From contig DAOPYW010000002.1 in assembly GCA_035353055.1 (NCBI GenBank), positions 4,574 to 68,573 of the forward strand: a stretch of DNA of 64,000 nucleotides, in the 5' to 3' direction. The translations under genes were made by a program, and so were the position numbers. The notes beneath the pieces were generated by a model, which did no database searches, had not been told where the DNA came from, and saw nothing but the letters and a program-made list of their open reading frames with translations. This document shows positions 18,435 to 28,469 of the stretch, one piece after another (the stretch's first letter is position 1; every line of letters begins with the position of its first letter). This DNA comes from Bacilli bacterium. Its GTDB lineage: Bacteria > Bacillota_I > Bacilli_A > RFN20 > CAG-826.

Positions 18435-20789
18435 ATGGTAATTCATTATAATAAGCACATGGCAAAACGCTTAATAATTGCTCCCTTTTCAATGCACGAG
18501 AGTCTATTGAATGCTTTTCGGCAAAAAGACTCATTTACTGATCTCAAAATAATCGATAAAAATGAATTGCTTCACTCTTTTTATGATCAGCTAGATCAAA
18601 AGAGCATCAAGGAAGTGATGATTTCTGAAAACATCTCGCATGATGCGGCGATAAAAATTGTCCGCGCTCTCCCTTTTGCAACAGCAGATGTATCTACCGA
18701 AAAAATGAGTCATTTGCACGATATTAAAGCTCAGTTAAAAACCCTTGGTTTGTTGAAAAGAAATCCATATATAACAATGCTATTTAAAGGAAAAGATGTC
18801 GAAGTTTTTGGTTACTCTTCTCTCGATAAAGAGTTGGTCGGAGTTTTAACATCTTTGAAATGCTGCATCAACTTTAACATCAATGAAGTGGTAAAAAAAG
18901 ATCAGCCGCTCCTTCAATTTTCTTCCATTCCTGAAGAAGTGCTGTTTAATCTAAATCAAATTGCCCAACTACTTGATTCAGGAGTTAAGGCTAGCGATAT
19001 CTATGTTTATTGTTGCGACCATGATTATTATTACTACCTCGATGAGTTTCAAAATAGTTTTCATTTTCGCCTCAATATTCCCCAATATCAAACTCTATAT
19101 TCTCAAAATTCCACCTGTTGGCTTCTACAAGAGATTCGCCAGCGTCAAAGCTTTGATCAGATAGGGGAAATCTTCTCGCAAATAAGCATTCCAATCGATC
19201 ATCAAAAAATGATCCAGAAAATGATAAAAGAAGTGATGGATGAACGGCTATCGTTCGCTCGGCAATATCAATATCTTGTTTATTTGCTGAAGCAAACTCA
19301 TATTTCTGATAATGTTTATAGCCCTGCAGTCAATTTTATCGAAGAGCCAATTATGGCTAATCACGCTAATGTTTTTGTGCTGGGATTTCACGAAGGCCTT
19401 TTCCCTATCTCCTACCAAGATAATGATTTCTTAACGGACCAAGAAAAGAGTCTTCTTGGGCTTAATACTTCGCTGGATAAGGGAAAGATGTCCATTCATA
19501 TGCTTACAAACTTCTTTGCTCAAGATAATGCTTATCACTTCTCTTATTCCCGCCGACATTTAAACAACCAATATTATCCTTCTCCCTTTGCTAAAATTTG
19601 GGGTATGCATATTGCCAACGCTGAATTGCCTGAGACATACTTCAGCCATCGCTATGCTGAAATGACCCTTGCAAATCTGTGCGATTTAAATAAATTTTTT
19701 AAGGAGCAGACCGAAGACTACCGGGCTCTTCTCGATATTATATCCATCCCTTACGATTCTTATGATAACCAATTCACTGGCGCCAAAGTTTTCGATGATT
19801 CCACCTCTTTAAAGCACTCATATTCAAGCATGAAAGCTTATTATGCTTGCCCATTTCAATATTATCTTGCTTATGGTCTCGACCTTGATCCTTTCAAGGG
19901 CAATTTTTCTTCCGCTCTCGGCAATATTGCCCACCAAATTTTCCAGAATATGAGCAATCAAGACTTTGATTTTGAACAAGCTTATCAAAACGCTTACGCC
20001 GGAAGCGATTATCAATTCACAGAGTCAGAAAAAACTCTTTTAATAGAATTAAAAACGGATATGAATGCTGCGGTCCAAGCAATCAAATTGCATCAATCGA
20101 AGATGTCTAGTCATCAGATCTTCGCTGAGCTAAAAATTAAAATGCCTCTTGATGATCGCACGATAATTGAAGGCATTGTTGATAAAATCATCATTGTTAG
20201 CAATCAATATATGTTTTTGGTTGACTACAAAACTGGCAAAGAAACTTTCGTGCCGGCTCTTTTAAAATATGGCAGTTCCTTTCAACTTCCTACCTATGCA
20301 TTGTTAACCAGCCAGTCGCCTCAGTTTAAGGATTACACTCTGACAGGTCTATACATCCAGCATGTCATACCAGATTCAATCTCTCGCACCATTAAAGAAG
20401 ATGATTTAATTCCATATTATCTTAAACTTGATGGCTATTCGATTGATGACGCCAGCATTATTCATATGTTCGATGACACTTTTGGAGTGCCTGGCGAAGA
20501 ATCATCTTTCATCAAAGGTATAAAACTGACAAAAGATAATCAATTTAGTAAAAGAAGTCGCATTCAATCACAAGAGTATCTCCACTCCTTAAGCAAAAGT
20601 GCTCTCGATCTTTTCGTTGAAGGGAACAAAAGCATTCGCCGGAATATTTTTCCTGTTCGCCCACTTTTTGCCGATAGTGATGGAGCGTGTAAATATTGCC
20701 CATACCACGATATCTGCTATGTGAAGTTTGAGCAGATAGTCGATGTAAAGGATATCCAAGAGCAGGAGGCAGAAGACAATGGCATTTAA
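18435..20789 (+). CDS. rexB: ATP-dependent helicase/nuclease subunit B, RexB/AddB type (no Walker A)
   Basis: C-terminal PD-(D/E)xK region (LVDYKTGK) and Fe-S Cys cluster CKYCPYHDIC. No GxGKT motif at the N-terminus. Overlaps addA start. Confidence 0.75.
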   Translation: MVIHYNKHMAKRLIIAPFSMHESLLNAFRQKDSFTDLKIIDKNELLHSFYDQLDQKSIKEVMISENISHDAAIKIVRALPFATADVSTEKMSHLHDIKAQLKTLGLLKRNPYITMLFKGKDVEVFGYSSLDKELVGVLTSLKCCINFNINEVVKKDQPLLQFSSIPEEVLFNLNQIAQLLDSGVKASDIYVYCCDHDYYYYLDEFQNSFHFRLNIPQYQTLYSQNSTCWLLQEIRQRQSFDQIGEIFSQISIPIDHQKMIQKMIKEVMDERLSFARQYQYLVYLLKQTHISDNVYSPAVNFIEEPIMANHANVFVLGFHEGLFPISYQDNDFLTDQEKSLLGLNTSLDKGKMSIHMLTNFFAQDNAYHFSYSRRHLNNQYYPSPFAKIWGMHIANAELPETYFSHRYAEMTLANLCDLNKFFKEQTEDYRALLDIISIPYDSYDNQFTGAKVFDDSTSLKHSYSSMKAYYACPFQYYLAYGLDLDPFKGNFSSALGNIAHQIFQNMSNQDFDFEQAYQNAYAGSDYQFTESEKTLLIELKTDMNAAVQAIKLHQSKMSSHQIFAELKIKMPLDDRTIIEGIVDKIIIVSNQYMFLVDYKTGKETFVPALLKYGSSFQLPTYALLTSQSPQFKDYTLTGLYIQHVIPDSISRTIKEDDLIPYYLKLDGYSIDDASIIHMFDDTFGVPGEESSFIKGIKLTKDNQFSKRSRIQSQEYLHSLSKSALDLFVEGNKSIRRNIFPVRPLFADSDGACKYCPYHDICYVKFEQIVDVKDIQEQEAEDNGI

Positions 20790-23700
20790 TTGGTCAAAAA
20801 ATCAAATCGATGCGATTCAATCTCTTGGATGCAATGTCTTAGTCTCCGCTGGGGCGGGAAGCGGAAAGACAGCGGTTTTAACTGAGCGAATTTTTCAGCT
20901 CGTCAAATCTGGCAAATCGCTCTCCAAATTTTTAGTTTTGACTTTTACCAACGCTGCAGCGAGCGAAATGAAAATTCGACTTCGCGATAAATTGTTGAGC
21001 CATCCCGAAACAAGCCACCTCACCAGTGAATTAGAAGCTTCGCATATTGAAACATTTGATGCTTTCTGTCTTTATCTTGTCAAAAAATACAGCCAATATC
21101 TAAGTATTTCAAGCGACATTAGCATCATGGATTCAAGCTTGCTTGCCATGCAAAAGCAAAAGATTATCGATCAAGTTTTTGACGAATATTATCTCGAACA
21201 AGACCCCTTATTCGTAAAAATGATAAATGCTTTTTGCTTGAAGAACGATTTAGCCTTGAAAGATTTTGTCAACCGCATTACATGCGCCTCTAATTTGAAA
21301 ATTGATCAAGAAGCATTCTGGCATTATCTAGCAGAAGAATGCTATGAAAAAGAGCATGTTTTGACTTACATTAATGCTTATTATCAGGAAGCCATTAAAG
21401 CGTTCAAAAAAATAAGGAAAATGTGCGAAACATTGAGCGATTTAGATGATAGCAATTGCCTGTGTGCAGTTTTTGATCAGGCAATCAACGCCAAGAATTA
21501 TGATCATTTAATCGATTTGCTCGAATCGCTATCCTTACCTAATAAAAAGAAAAATTACCCTGAAGAAGATAAACATTTGCGTCAATATATTACCGATTTT
21601 TTTTCGAGTTGGAAAAAACGGCATTTTGGACACAGTGAAGACATCTATCAAGGTTTTATCTACTATCAACCCTATGCCAAAATATTAATTGCGATTGCAA
21701 AAGCTGTCGAAGAGCGGTTTTTAACTTTTAAAAAGCAGAGTCAACATTACGGTTTCTCTGACATTGCAAGAATGGCCCTAGAAGTCATTGATATCCCAAT
21801 GGTAAGAGAAGAAATAAAACAGAGTTTTGACTATATCATGGTCGACGAATATCAAGACACTTCTGATGTTCAAGAACAAGTCATTCAAGCCCTGTCTCAA
21901 AATAACCTCTATATGGTGGGAGACGTCAAGCAATCAATCTATCGCTTTAGGAATGCTAATTGCCAGATTTTCCAAGATAAATTCAATAGCTATAAAAAGA
22001 ACATTAGCGGCAAAGAAATTGATTTGAATGTCAGCTTCCGTTCTCGCTATCAAATTATCGAGTTCATAAACGAGTTATTTAGCAAAATAATGACTCCGGA
22101 GAATAACATCATCAACTATCAAGATGGGCATCATTTTGTCTATGAACCCGTCATATACGGAGACTCCGATAAAAAAAGCAAAGACTATCAGCCTCTTATC
22201 TATCGTTATGAAGGGCAAAAAAGTGAAGAAAACATCAAAAAAGAGATTGCTATTATCGCTGATGATGTCTTGGAAAAGATTAATTCTCAGTATCAGATTC
22301 TTGATAAGGACTCAAGGACAAACACCACAAAGATGCGCCCAGTTCGCTTTAGCGATTTTGCCATCATCGTTGACCGCGGTAGCGATTTTGATGAGTATCA
22401 CCGCCAATTTTCTAGCCTAGGAATTCCCCTAAGCATTATCAGAGATGAAAAAATTGACAATTCCATGCTCGGATATGTCACCAAGAATCTCATTAAGTTA
22501 TTTAATCGCGTGGCAAACAATCAACTCGACGATGAGTTCAATCACGCCTATGTTGCCATCGCGCGTTCTTTTCTTTTAAGCATTCCTGATCAAGATATCT
22601 ACACAATCGTGAAACAAAAACTTTTCCTTCACACTGATCTCTATCAGAAGATTGAAAAAGTGGTGGGGCTAACAAAAGACAAATCCTTATTTGAAATTTT
22701 GCGCGCCTTATATGAGGAATTTGACATCTATCAATGCCTCATTAAACTCGATCGTTGTAACGATAACATAGAGCTGGTAGAAACATTCCTCTCGTTTACA
22801 AAATCGATGGACGATCTCGGCTATTCGATCAGCGAATTATCAGCATATTTTGAAGACTTGGCAGCGTTCGACTTGGATGTAAAAGTGCCCCGACAAACCA
22901 GTCATAAGGATGCTGTCACTTTGATTACCATCCACCGCTCAAAGGGATTGGAATACCCAATTGTCTATCTTTCTGGGCTGTTCAAAAAATTTAACCGAGA
23001 TGAGATACAAACATCATTTCTTGTCTCTCCTCTCTATGGAATTTCTTTTCCAATGCCACCGGATTATCCCTTCGAAAATTTTGCCAATTATCTCATAAAA
23101 GAAAGAGTAACAAGGGAAGACTTTGAAGAAAAACTCCGCCTTTTCTATGTGGCAGTAACCAGAGTCAGAGAAAAACTAATCTTCCTATATCCGCAAAAAG
23201 CCAAGCCTTCTTTCCTTGTTGATTTAAGAGAAGCCACCTCGTTTAAGGACTTCCTTGATTTCCTTGAGATTCCCGAAAAATGCGGCTGCGAATATGAGAT
23301 GAAGAACGCGCATATTTCTGTGAAAAACCTGCAAAAAGCGCTCAAAAAAATAGAAATTAAGCAAATTTCTTTGCCTAGCCAGCTGATTGAAAAGAGAATC
23401 GCTAGCCATGAAATTAGCGAAGAAGTTGATCAAGGTGTCTTGGACTTTGGCACGCAACTACACCAGTTGCTCGAAGTGGTGGATTACGAAAAAAAAGATC
23501 TTTCTTTCATCAGAGATAAGCGATTAGCTCAATGCGTATCTAATGTTTTTATGACTTCATTATTCTCGAATGTTAAAAACGAAAATCTCCGCCACGAATT
23601 TAAATTTTACGATGCTAAAAATCAAATTCACGGCGTCATCGACTGCTTGATTATGAGTCAAGAAGAAATCAAAATCGTTGATTTTAAGTTAAAAAACATT

Positions 23701-23823
23701 GATGATGAACAATACATTAAACAATTGCATGCGTATCGCGATTATGTCCGAAGCATTAGCGCATTGCCTATTCGCATGTATCTGATCAGCGCGATGACGG
23801 GGGAGGAAAGAGAAATTGAATAA
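20779..23823 (+). CDS. addA: ATP-dependent helicase/nuclease subunit A (UvrD-like helicase + C-terminal nuclease)
   Basis: GAGSGKT Walker A, UvrD/PcrA helicase motifs, C-terminal nuclease motif (IDCLIM...VDFK). Confidence 0.85.
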   Translation: MAFNWSKNQIDAIQSLGCNVLVSAGAGSGKTAVLTERIFQLVKSGKSLSKFLVLTFTNAAASEMKIRLRDKLLSHPETSHLTSELEASHIETFDAFCLYLVKKYSQYLSISSDISIMDSSLLAMQKQKIIDQVFDEYYLEQDPLFVKMINAFCLKNDLALKDFVNRITCASNLKIDQEAFWHYLAEECYEKEHVLTYINAYYQEAIKAFKKIRKMCETLSDLDDSNCLCAVFDQAINAKNYDHLIDLLESLSLPNKKKNYPEEDKHLRQYITDFFSSWKKRHFGHSEDIYQGFIYYQPYAKILIAIAKAVEERFLTFKKQSQHYGFSDIARMALEVIDIPMVREEIKQSFDYIMVDEYQDTSDVQEQVIQALSQNNLYMVGDVKQSIYRFRNANCQIFQDKFNSYKKNISGKEIDLNVSFRSRYQIIEFINELFSKIMTPENNIINYQDGHHFVYEPVIYGDSDKKSKDYQPLIYRYEGQKSEENIKKEIAIIADDVLEKINSQYQILDKDSRTNTTKMRPVRFSDFAIIVDRGSDFDEYHRQFSSLGIPLSIIRDEKIDNSMLGYVTKNLIKLFNRVANNQLDDEFNHAYVAIARSFLLSIPDQDIYTIVKQKLFLHTDLYQKIEKVVGLTKDKSLFEILRALYEEFDIYQCLIKLDRCNDNIELVETFLSFTKSMDDLGYSISELSAYFEDLAAFDLDVKVPRQTSHKDAVTLITIHRSKGLEYPIVYLSGLFKKFNRDEIQTSFLVSPLYGISFPMPPDYPFENFANYLIKERVTREDFEEKLRLFYVAVTRVREKLIFLYPQKAKPSFLVDLREATSFKDFLDFLEIPEKCGCEYEMKNAHISVKNLQKALKKIEIKQISLPSQLIEKRIASHEISEEVDQGVLDFGTQLHQLLEVVDYEKKDLSFIRDKRLAQCVSNVFMTSLFSNVKNENLRHEFKFYDAKNQIHGVIDCLIMSQEEIKIVDFKLKNIDDEQYIKQLHAYRDYVRSISALPIRMYLISAMTGEEREIE

Positions 23824-24949
23824 GATCACTGCTTTAAGCAAAGAACAAATTTTCAAAATCGTCGATTATTTAAAAGTTCCGGCTATCGTCGAAAAAGGTT
23901 TTATCTATGAGACTTATGAGTTGGCTGTCGAAGCTATTTCTCAGCTCTCTGAACTAGCCCCCTTTGAGCAGATTGCGAATATCAATTCTTTTGAGATTGT
24001 CGAATACTGCGTCGGAGAATTTTTGTACAGTGTAGCCGTTCGCTCTCCTGAACAAATAAAAGAATTTATTGCCAATGAAAATATCAAAACTTCCATGGCT
24101 TCCATCGTGGCCGATAAGTACATCAGCATATCTAAACTGCAGCACCGGGAGAGGAGAATTGCTAATTCATACTTCCCTCCGATTTCTTCTCTCAGTGTCT
24201 ATTTAAACTTCACTTTAAATATTTTGCAAAAATATGACAAAAATGATCCCGTCTCAACTCTATTAACTGATCTATTGATGAAATCTCTCAGCATCGCAAA
24301 ATGCAGCCTTTCCCTTTTGGTCGATGGCTTTGAAACTGAAGCCTTTTCTTCTTGGAGAACTCTGCACGAATGTGAGTGTACTTTAATTCTTTTGGAACAT
24401 TATGGTGATCCTTTAATCAATCTCTACTTAAAACACATGAAATATGGCATTGCCTTCAAAGATGTGATGGATGATAAAGATAAGCAAACCGATATCTTCA
24501 ATAACATGAAGGAAGAGATGAAACAATACGATCTAAAGAGCAAAGATATCAAAAAATACATCGAATATGGTTGGCTCTATGGCATTCCAGAAGTAAAAAA
24601 GGATGAAGCGTTCAAATTGAACTTCCGCGATGGCTTAGAAAAAGTGGCTGGATTATCGATGTATAATTCCCGCTACGAGATGAGCTCTGAGATCATTCAC
24701 AGCACCCCGATGCTCATCTATTCAAACAAAGACTATTTTTACTACATCACATTGCTCAGCCTTTACGAATCTTTCTTCCGCTTGGAGAAAGTCTTCGTTT
24801 CCTTGTTTTCCAAATGCGTCAGCCCCGAGCAGATGAAGCGCTACGAAGCGATGAGGAACGTCTATTATACGCAATTGGTAAACATACATAAACGGGAGAG
24901 CGCCAATTTCAAAATCCTCCAGCAAAAAGACAAGAAAAAAGGGAACTAA
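23816..24949 (+). CDS. Hypothetical 377-aa protein translationally coupled to addA
   Basis: Start overlaps the addA stop by 8 nt. No recognisable motif. Predicted soluble. Confidence 0.5.
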   Translation: MNKITALSKEQIFKIVDYLKVPAIVEKGFIYETYELAVEAISQLSELAPFEQIANINSFEIVEYCVGEFLYSVAVRSPEQIKEFIANENIKTSMASIVADKYISISKLQHRERRIANSYFPPISSLSVYLNFTLNILQKYDKNDPVSTLLTDLLMKSLSIAKCSLSLLVDGFETEAFSSWRTLHECECTLILLEHYGDPLINLYLKHMKYGIAFKDVMDDKDKQTDIFNNMKEEMKQYDLKSKDIKKYIEYGWLYGIPEVKKDEAFKLNFRDGLEKVAGLSMYNSRYEMSSEIIHSTPMLIYSNKDYFYYITLLSLYESFFRLEKVFVSLFSKCVSPEQMKRYEAMRNVYYTQLVNIHKRESANFKILQQKDKKKGN

Positions 24950-24966
24950 GTTCCCTTTTATTTTGG
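24935..24966. terminator. Bidirectional Rho-independent terminator
   Basis: gggaac-taa-gttccc hairpin flanked by A-run upstream and T-run downstream, between convergent genes. The loop TAA is the stop codon of the 377-aa ORF. Confidence 0.5.
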
Positions 24967-24979
24967 TGCTTTTCTAGTA

Positions 24980-26620
24980 TTACACATCAGCGTAGCAAGA
25001 TCCGCCGATGAACTCGCGCATCAAGGAATTGCATGGGACCCATTGATCGGGAAGATCTTCGAAGAATTTGAGCATTCTAATCAGCCTTTCGGCGACGGGG
25101 AAGTATTCGCTTTCCACATCGATAACTTCCAATAATGGCAAGGCATATTTCTTCATGCAGCATAACTCGTAAGTTAAGAAGGAATTGAAGACATAATTAG
25201 CGCCTTCTTGGTTGTTGTAAATCCACTTGAATTCGCCGCGGCGAACACTATCCCACATTGAGATGGTTTCAATCGCGCTGCTGCCTCGGAATTGGTAATC
25301 GCGAACGATGCGGCGCAATAGGCGTAAATCAGTGAGAGACAAAGGATTGTGATTGTCGATATTCACTTGCGCTTGAGGAGCGATGAAAATCTTGAATTTT
25401 TGATGGCTGGGAATGGAAGCTGTCATTCTCTCATTTAAAGCATGGATGCCTTCGATGATGATCGGTTGATCACTAGCCACTTGGAGAGTTCTGCCTTTTA
25501 CGCGGTGCCCGACTTTGAAATCAAACTTTGGCAAATCGACACTGAGTCCACAAATTAAATCGGAGATGTTTTGGTTAAATGTTTCGATATCCAGAGCATC
25601 GACGGATTCCAAATCCGGGTTGCCATCTTCATCTTTTGGAGCCTCATTTTTTGGGCGATAGTAGTCATCCATAGAAATTCTGATTGGATTGATTCCGCGA
25701 GATAATAATTCGATTCTTAAGCGGTTAGCAAAAGTGGTTTTTCCAGAGGAAGAAGGACCAGCGATGCAGATTAATCGAATGCTTTCTTTATCGTTTTCAA
25801 TCAGATTGCCTAATTCGGTAAATTGCTGATTGTGCTTGTGCTCGCTGAGGTTGATAAAATCAACTGGGCCACCCTTTGCAAGGTGACGGTTGATGCTGAC
25901 GATGGTGTCTCCTCCCGTCGCTTTTGCCCATTGGTGCGCTCTCTTGAGAGTTTTGCCAAATGTTGGGGCATCTTCGAAAGGTGGAATCTCGCCACCGCAT
26001 TCGGGGCGAGGATACCGAATGATGATGCCAGGATGATAGAATTTGACATCCCATTTGCGAATATAGCCTGTTGATGGCACCATGCGGTTGTACATGTAGT
26101 TGTTGTATCCATCGCAAGTGTAAATATGAGCGGTCTTCTCTGGGCGGTAATCAAGAATATCGACTTTGTCTTGATAACCTTCTTCTTTAAAGATGCGAGC
26201 AGCTTCTTCTTTGCTGACGATATTCCTGACGAGAGGAAGATCTTTTGCAATAATGCTGTTCATCTCATCGATTAATTCTTTGACCATTTGATTGGTGCTG
26301 GTGACACCGGGATTAAGAATCTGCATGAAAATTGAGCGAGAAACGTTGTAGGAAAAACGAATATCGATCTCTGGGTGAATATTGCGCATGGCCATGGCCA
26401 CTAAAAAGCGAAGGGATGCTTCGTAAGATGGCTTGGCATCGCGATCTTTGATAGTCAAGGGAGTCACTTCTGAATCCTTGCTGATCAAATAAGTCAATTC
26501 GCGAACCCGCTTGTTGACATAAGCACAGATATAATCTCTATTATCACCTACTACTTCCAGCACGCTCACTGGCTTCTCATAGGTTTTTGTTTCCTGATTA
26601 AAGGTCACGTTAAATGACAT
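24980..26620 (-). CDS. Uridine kinase/phosphoribulokinase-family P-loop kinase fused to an N-terminal ThrRS-like (TGS) region
   Basis: Walker A GPSSSGKTTF followed by Udk-like region. ~290-aa N-terminal extension resembles the threonyl-tRNA synthetase N-terminus. Confidence 0.55.
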   Translation of the reverse strand: MSFNVTFNQETKTYEKPVSVLEVVGDNRDYICAYVNKRVRELTYLISKDSEVTPLTIKDRDAKPSYEASLRFLVAMAMRNIHPEIDIRFSYNVSRSIFMQILNPGVTSTNQMVKELIDEMNSIIAKDLPLVRNIVSKEEAARIFKEEGYQDKVDILDYRPEKTAHIYTCDGYNNYMYNRMVPSTGYIRKWDVKFYHPGIIIRYPRPECGGEIPPFEDAPTFGKTLKRAHQWAKATGGDTIVSINRHLAKGGPVDFINLSEHKHNQQFTELGNLIENDKESIRLICIAGPSSSGKTTFANRLRIELLSRGINPIRISMDDYYRPKNEAPKDEDGNPDLESVDALDIETFNQNISDLICGLSVDLPKFDFKVGHRVKGRTLQVASDQPIIIEGIHALNERMTASIPSHQKFKIFIAPQAQVNIDNHNPLSLTDLRLLRRIVRDYQFRGSSAIETISMWDSVRRGEFKWIYNNQEGANYVFNSFLTYELCCMKKYALPLLEVIDVESEYFPVAERLIRMLKFFEDLPDQWVPCNSLMREFIGGSCYADV

Positions 26621-26681
26621 ATAATTGCCTCCTTAGTATAAAAAACTAGCACATTGATTTTATATGGGCTGTCGTTATTAT

Positions 26682-26733
26682 GCAAATAAAATATGCATTT
26701 ATGTCCGCGGTTTCTTCAGACTATTTTATTTGC
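26682..26733. promoter_or_regulatory. 12-bp perfect inverted repeat (gcaaataaaata ... tattttatttgc, 28-bp spacer) in divergent promoter region
   Basis: Seen directly in the 231-bp intergenic region between the udk-like gene and pfk. Candidate operator. Confidence 0.25.
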
Positions 26734-26851
26734 TCGAAAGAAAATTGAAGATTTATCTTTCCTTATATTAGCCACTTGGACTAATTTTTATTGTAATTTG
26801 GGCGGAATATTAGGATAATATTACCTAGTTGGAAAAGGAATAATTTTATAT

Positions 26852-28060
26852 ATGGAAAACAAAAATATGGTCTATATTCAATCGGGTGGTCCTACCTCGG
26901 TGATAAACTCCTCTTTATACGGAGCTATCCTCGAAGCTAAGAGGCACCCTGACAGCATCGGCCATATTTATGGTTCTCAACACGGCATTGAAGGATTGAT
27001 TGATGATGATCTCATTGATCTCGGTTTAGAAGATAGCGAGCAAATTGAATTGCTCTTGCAGACTCCCGGTTCAATTCTTGGAACCACCAGGAGAAAATTG
27101 CCCAAGGATTTTCATGATTCCATCTATCTCAAAATTATCGAAAATTTAAAAAAACACCATATTAAGTACGTCTTCGTCAATGGCGGAAATGATTCGATGG
27201 ATACGTGCAATAAGCTCTCTTTATTAGTTGATGAACTCGGATTAGACATGGTGGTCGTTGGCGTCCCAAAAACCATCGACAACGATCTAGCTTGTACCGA
27301 TCACTCTCTCGGCTTCCCCAGCGCCGCAAAATTCGTCATTAATGCGATTAACGGCTTTGCGATGGATGCCAAGTGCTTCAAAAAAGGCAAGATTCACATC
27401 ATTGAAATCATGGGTCGAAACGCTGGTTGGCTCACCGCTGCCCCTGATGTCCTTCCCGAGGATACCAGACCTCATCTTTTCTATATTCCCGAGCGCCCAT
27501 TTGACCTCGAACAATTTTTGATTGATGTCCAAAAAGTTTATGAAAAATTCGGCTATGCTTTAGTGGCTATTTCCGAAGGAATTCAATTCCCCAGAGATAT
27601 GTCTCGTGTCCGCGTCGACGGATTCGGCCACGCTCAGCTAGGAGGAGCGGCTGCTGACTTATGCAATATCGTGGAAGATCGCTTAAATATTCCCACTCGT
27701 TCAGTGGAGCTATCTCTTACCCAACGAGCTTTCCCTGCTTTTATTTCCTTAACTGATCGCAACGAAGCAATTCGCACCGGAGAAATCGCCGTTCAAGCAG
27801 CCCTGCAAGGCTTCACTGGAAACATGATTGTTTTCAAGCGCATATCTTCTCATCCTTATATCATTAATTACGAGTTAGCCAACTTAGGCAAAATCGCCAA
27901 CGCTGAAGCGCGCATCCCTGCCTCAATGATGGTTGACAACACGCGCATGTCAGATGAATTTCGCGAATATCTTTCCCCTCTCATTGAAGGAGAAATCACT
28001 CTTAAGTGTAAAGACGGCATTGCTGAAGTTACCCGCTTAAAAAGAATCGCAGTGAAATAA
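26852..28060 (+). CDS. pfp: 6-phosphofructokinase, probably pyrophosphate-dependent (GGNDS and PKTIDND signatures)
   Basis: PFK family fold. Asp at the position of Gly104 and Lys at the position of Gly124 (E. coli numbering), which is the classical PPi-PFK signature. Confidence 0.7.
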   Translation: MENKNMVYIQSGGPTSVINSSLYGAILEAKRHPDSIGHIYGSQHGIEGLIDDDLIDLGLEDSEQIELLLQTPGSILGTTRRKLPKDFHDSIYLKIIENLKKHHIKYVFVNGGNDSMDTCNKLSLLVDELGLDMVVVGVPKTIDNDLACTDHSLGFPSAAKFVINAINGFAMDAKCFKKGKIHIIEIMGRNAGWLTAAPDVLPEDTRPHLFYIPERPFDLEQFLIDVQKVYEKFGYALVAISEGIQFPRDMSRVRVDGFGHAQLGGAAADLCNIVEDRLNIPTRSVELSLTQRAFPAFISLTDRNEAIRTGEIAVQAALQGFTGNMIVFKRISSHPYIINYELANLGKIANAEARIPASMMVDNTRMSDEFREYLSPLIEGEITLKCKDGIAEVTRLKRIAVK

Positions 28061-28064
28061 TCGC

Positions 28065-28469
28065 ATGAAAGAGAAATTCAACCACTTAAATATATATTTT
28101 AAAGTGACTGTTTTTTCAGCCTCTCTTTTAGTCTTGTTTGTTCTAGGCATGTCCTTTTTGCTTTTCATCGGACATCCAGACATCCCATTAGGGATGGTCG
28201 TTGGGGCTGCCATCAGCATTATGAGTTACCTCTCATTGGGCTTGCTAGAGCAAAAATCAAAGCAAAATTCCAAAGGGATAGGCAGCATTGTTGTCGCTAT
28301 TGTTCGCTTTGTTATTTTGGCTTTAGCAATGGTTATCTCCGGCTGGTTAATCTTTGAAAAGGGATGCTTAATTTTTAATATTTTTGCAATATTAGGTGGA
28401 TATTTTTATCCACTCTTAGTCTTGCTAATACTGACGGTCCTCAAAAAGAAGGAAATTCCAAATGTTTGA
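28065..28469 (+). CDS. AtpI-like small membrane protein preceding the ATP synthase operon
   Basis: 134 aa, 4 predicted TM helices. Position immediately upstream of atpB, overlapping it. Confidence 0.4.
   Translation: MKEKFNHLNIYFKVTVFSASLLVLFVLGMSFLLFIGHPDIPLGMVVGAAISIMSYLSLGLLEQKSKQNSKGIGSIVVAIVRFVILALAMVISGWLIFEKGCLIFNIFAILGGYFYPLLVLLILTVLKKKEIPNV

Noticed and set aside
25810-26250. Three overlapping ORFs (83-146 aa) inside the udk-like gene
   Set aside because: They are nested within a coding region that has conserved motifs on the other frame. Their composition is Arg/Ser-rich, typical of out-of-frame translation.
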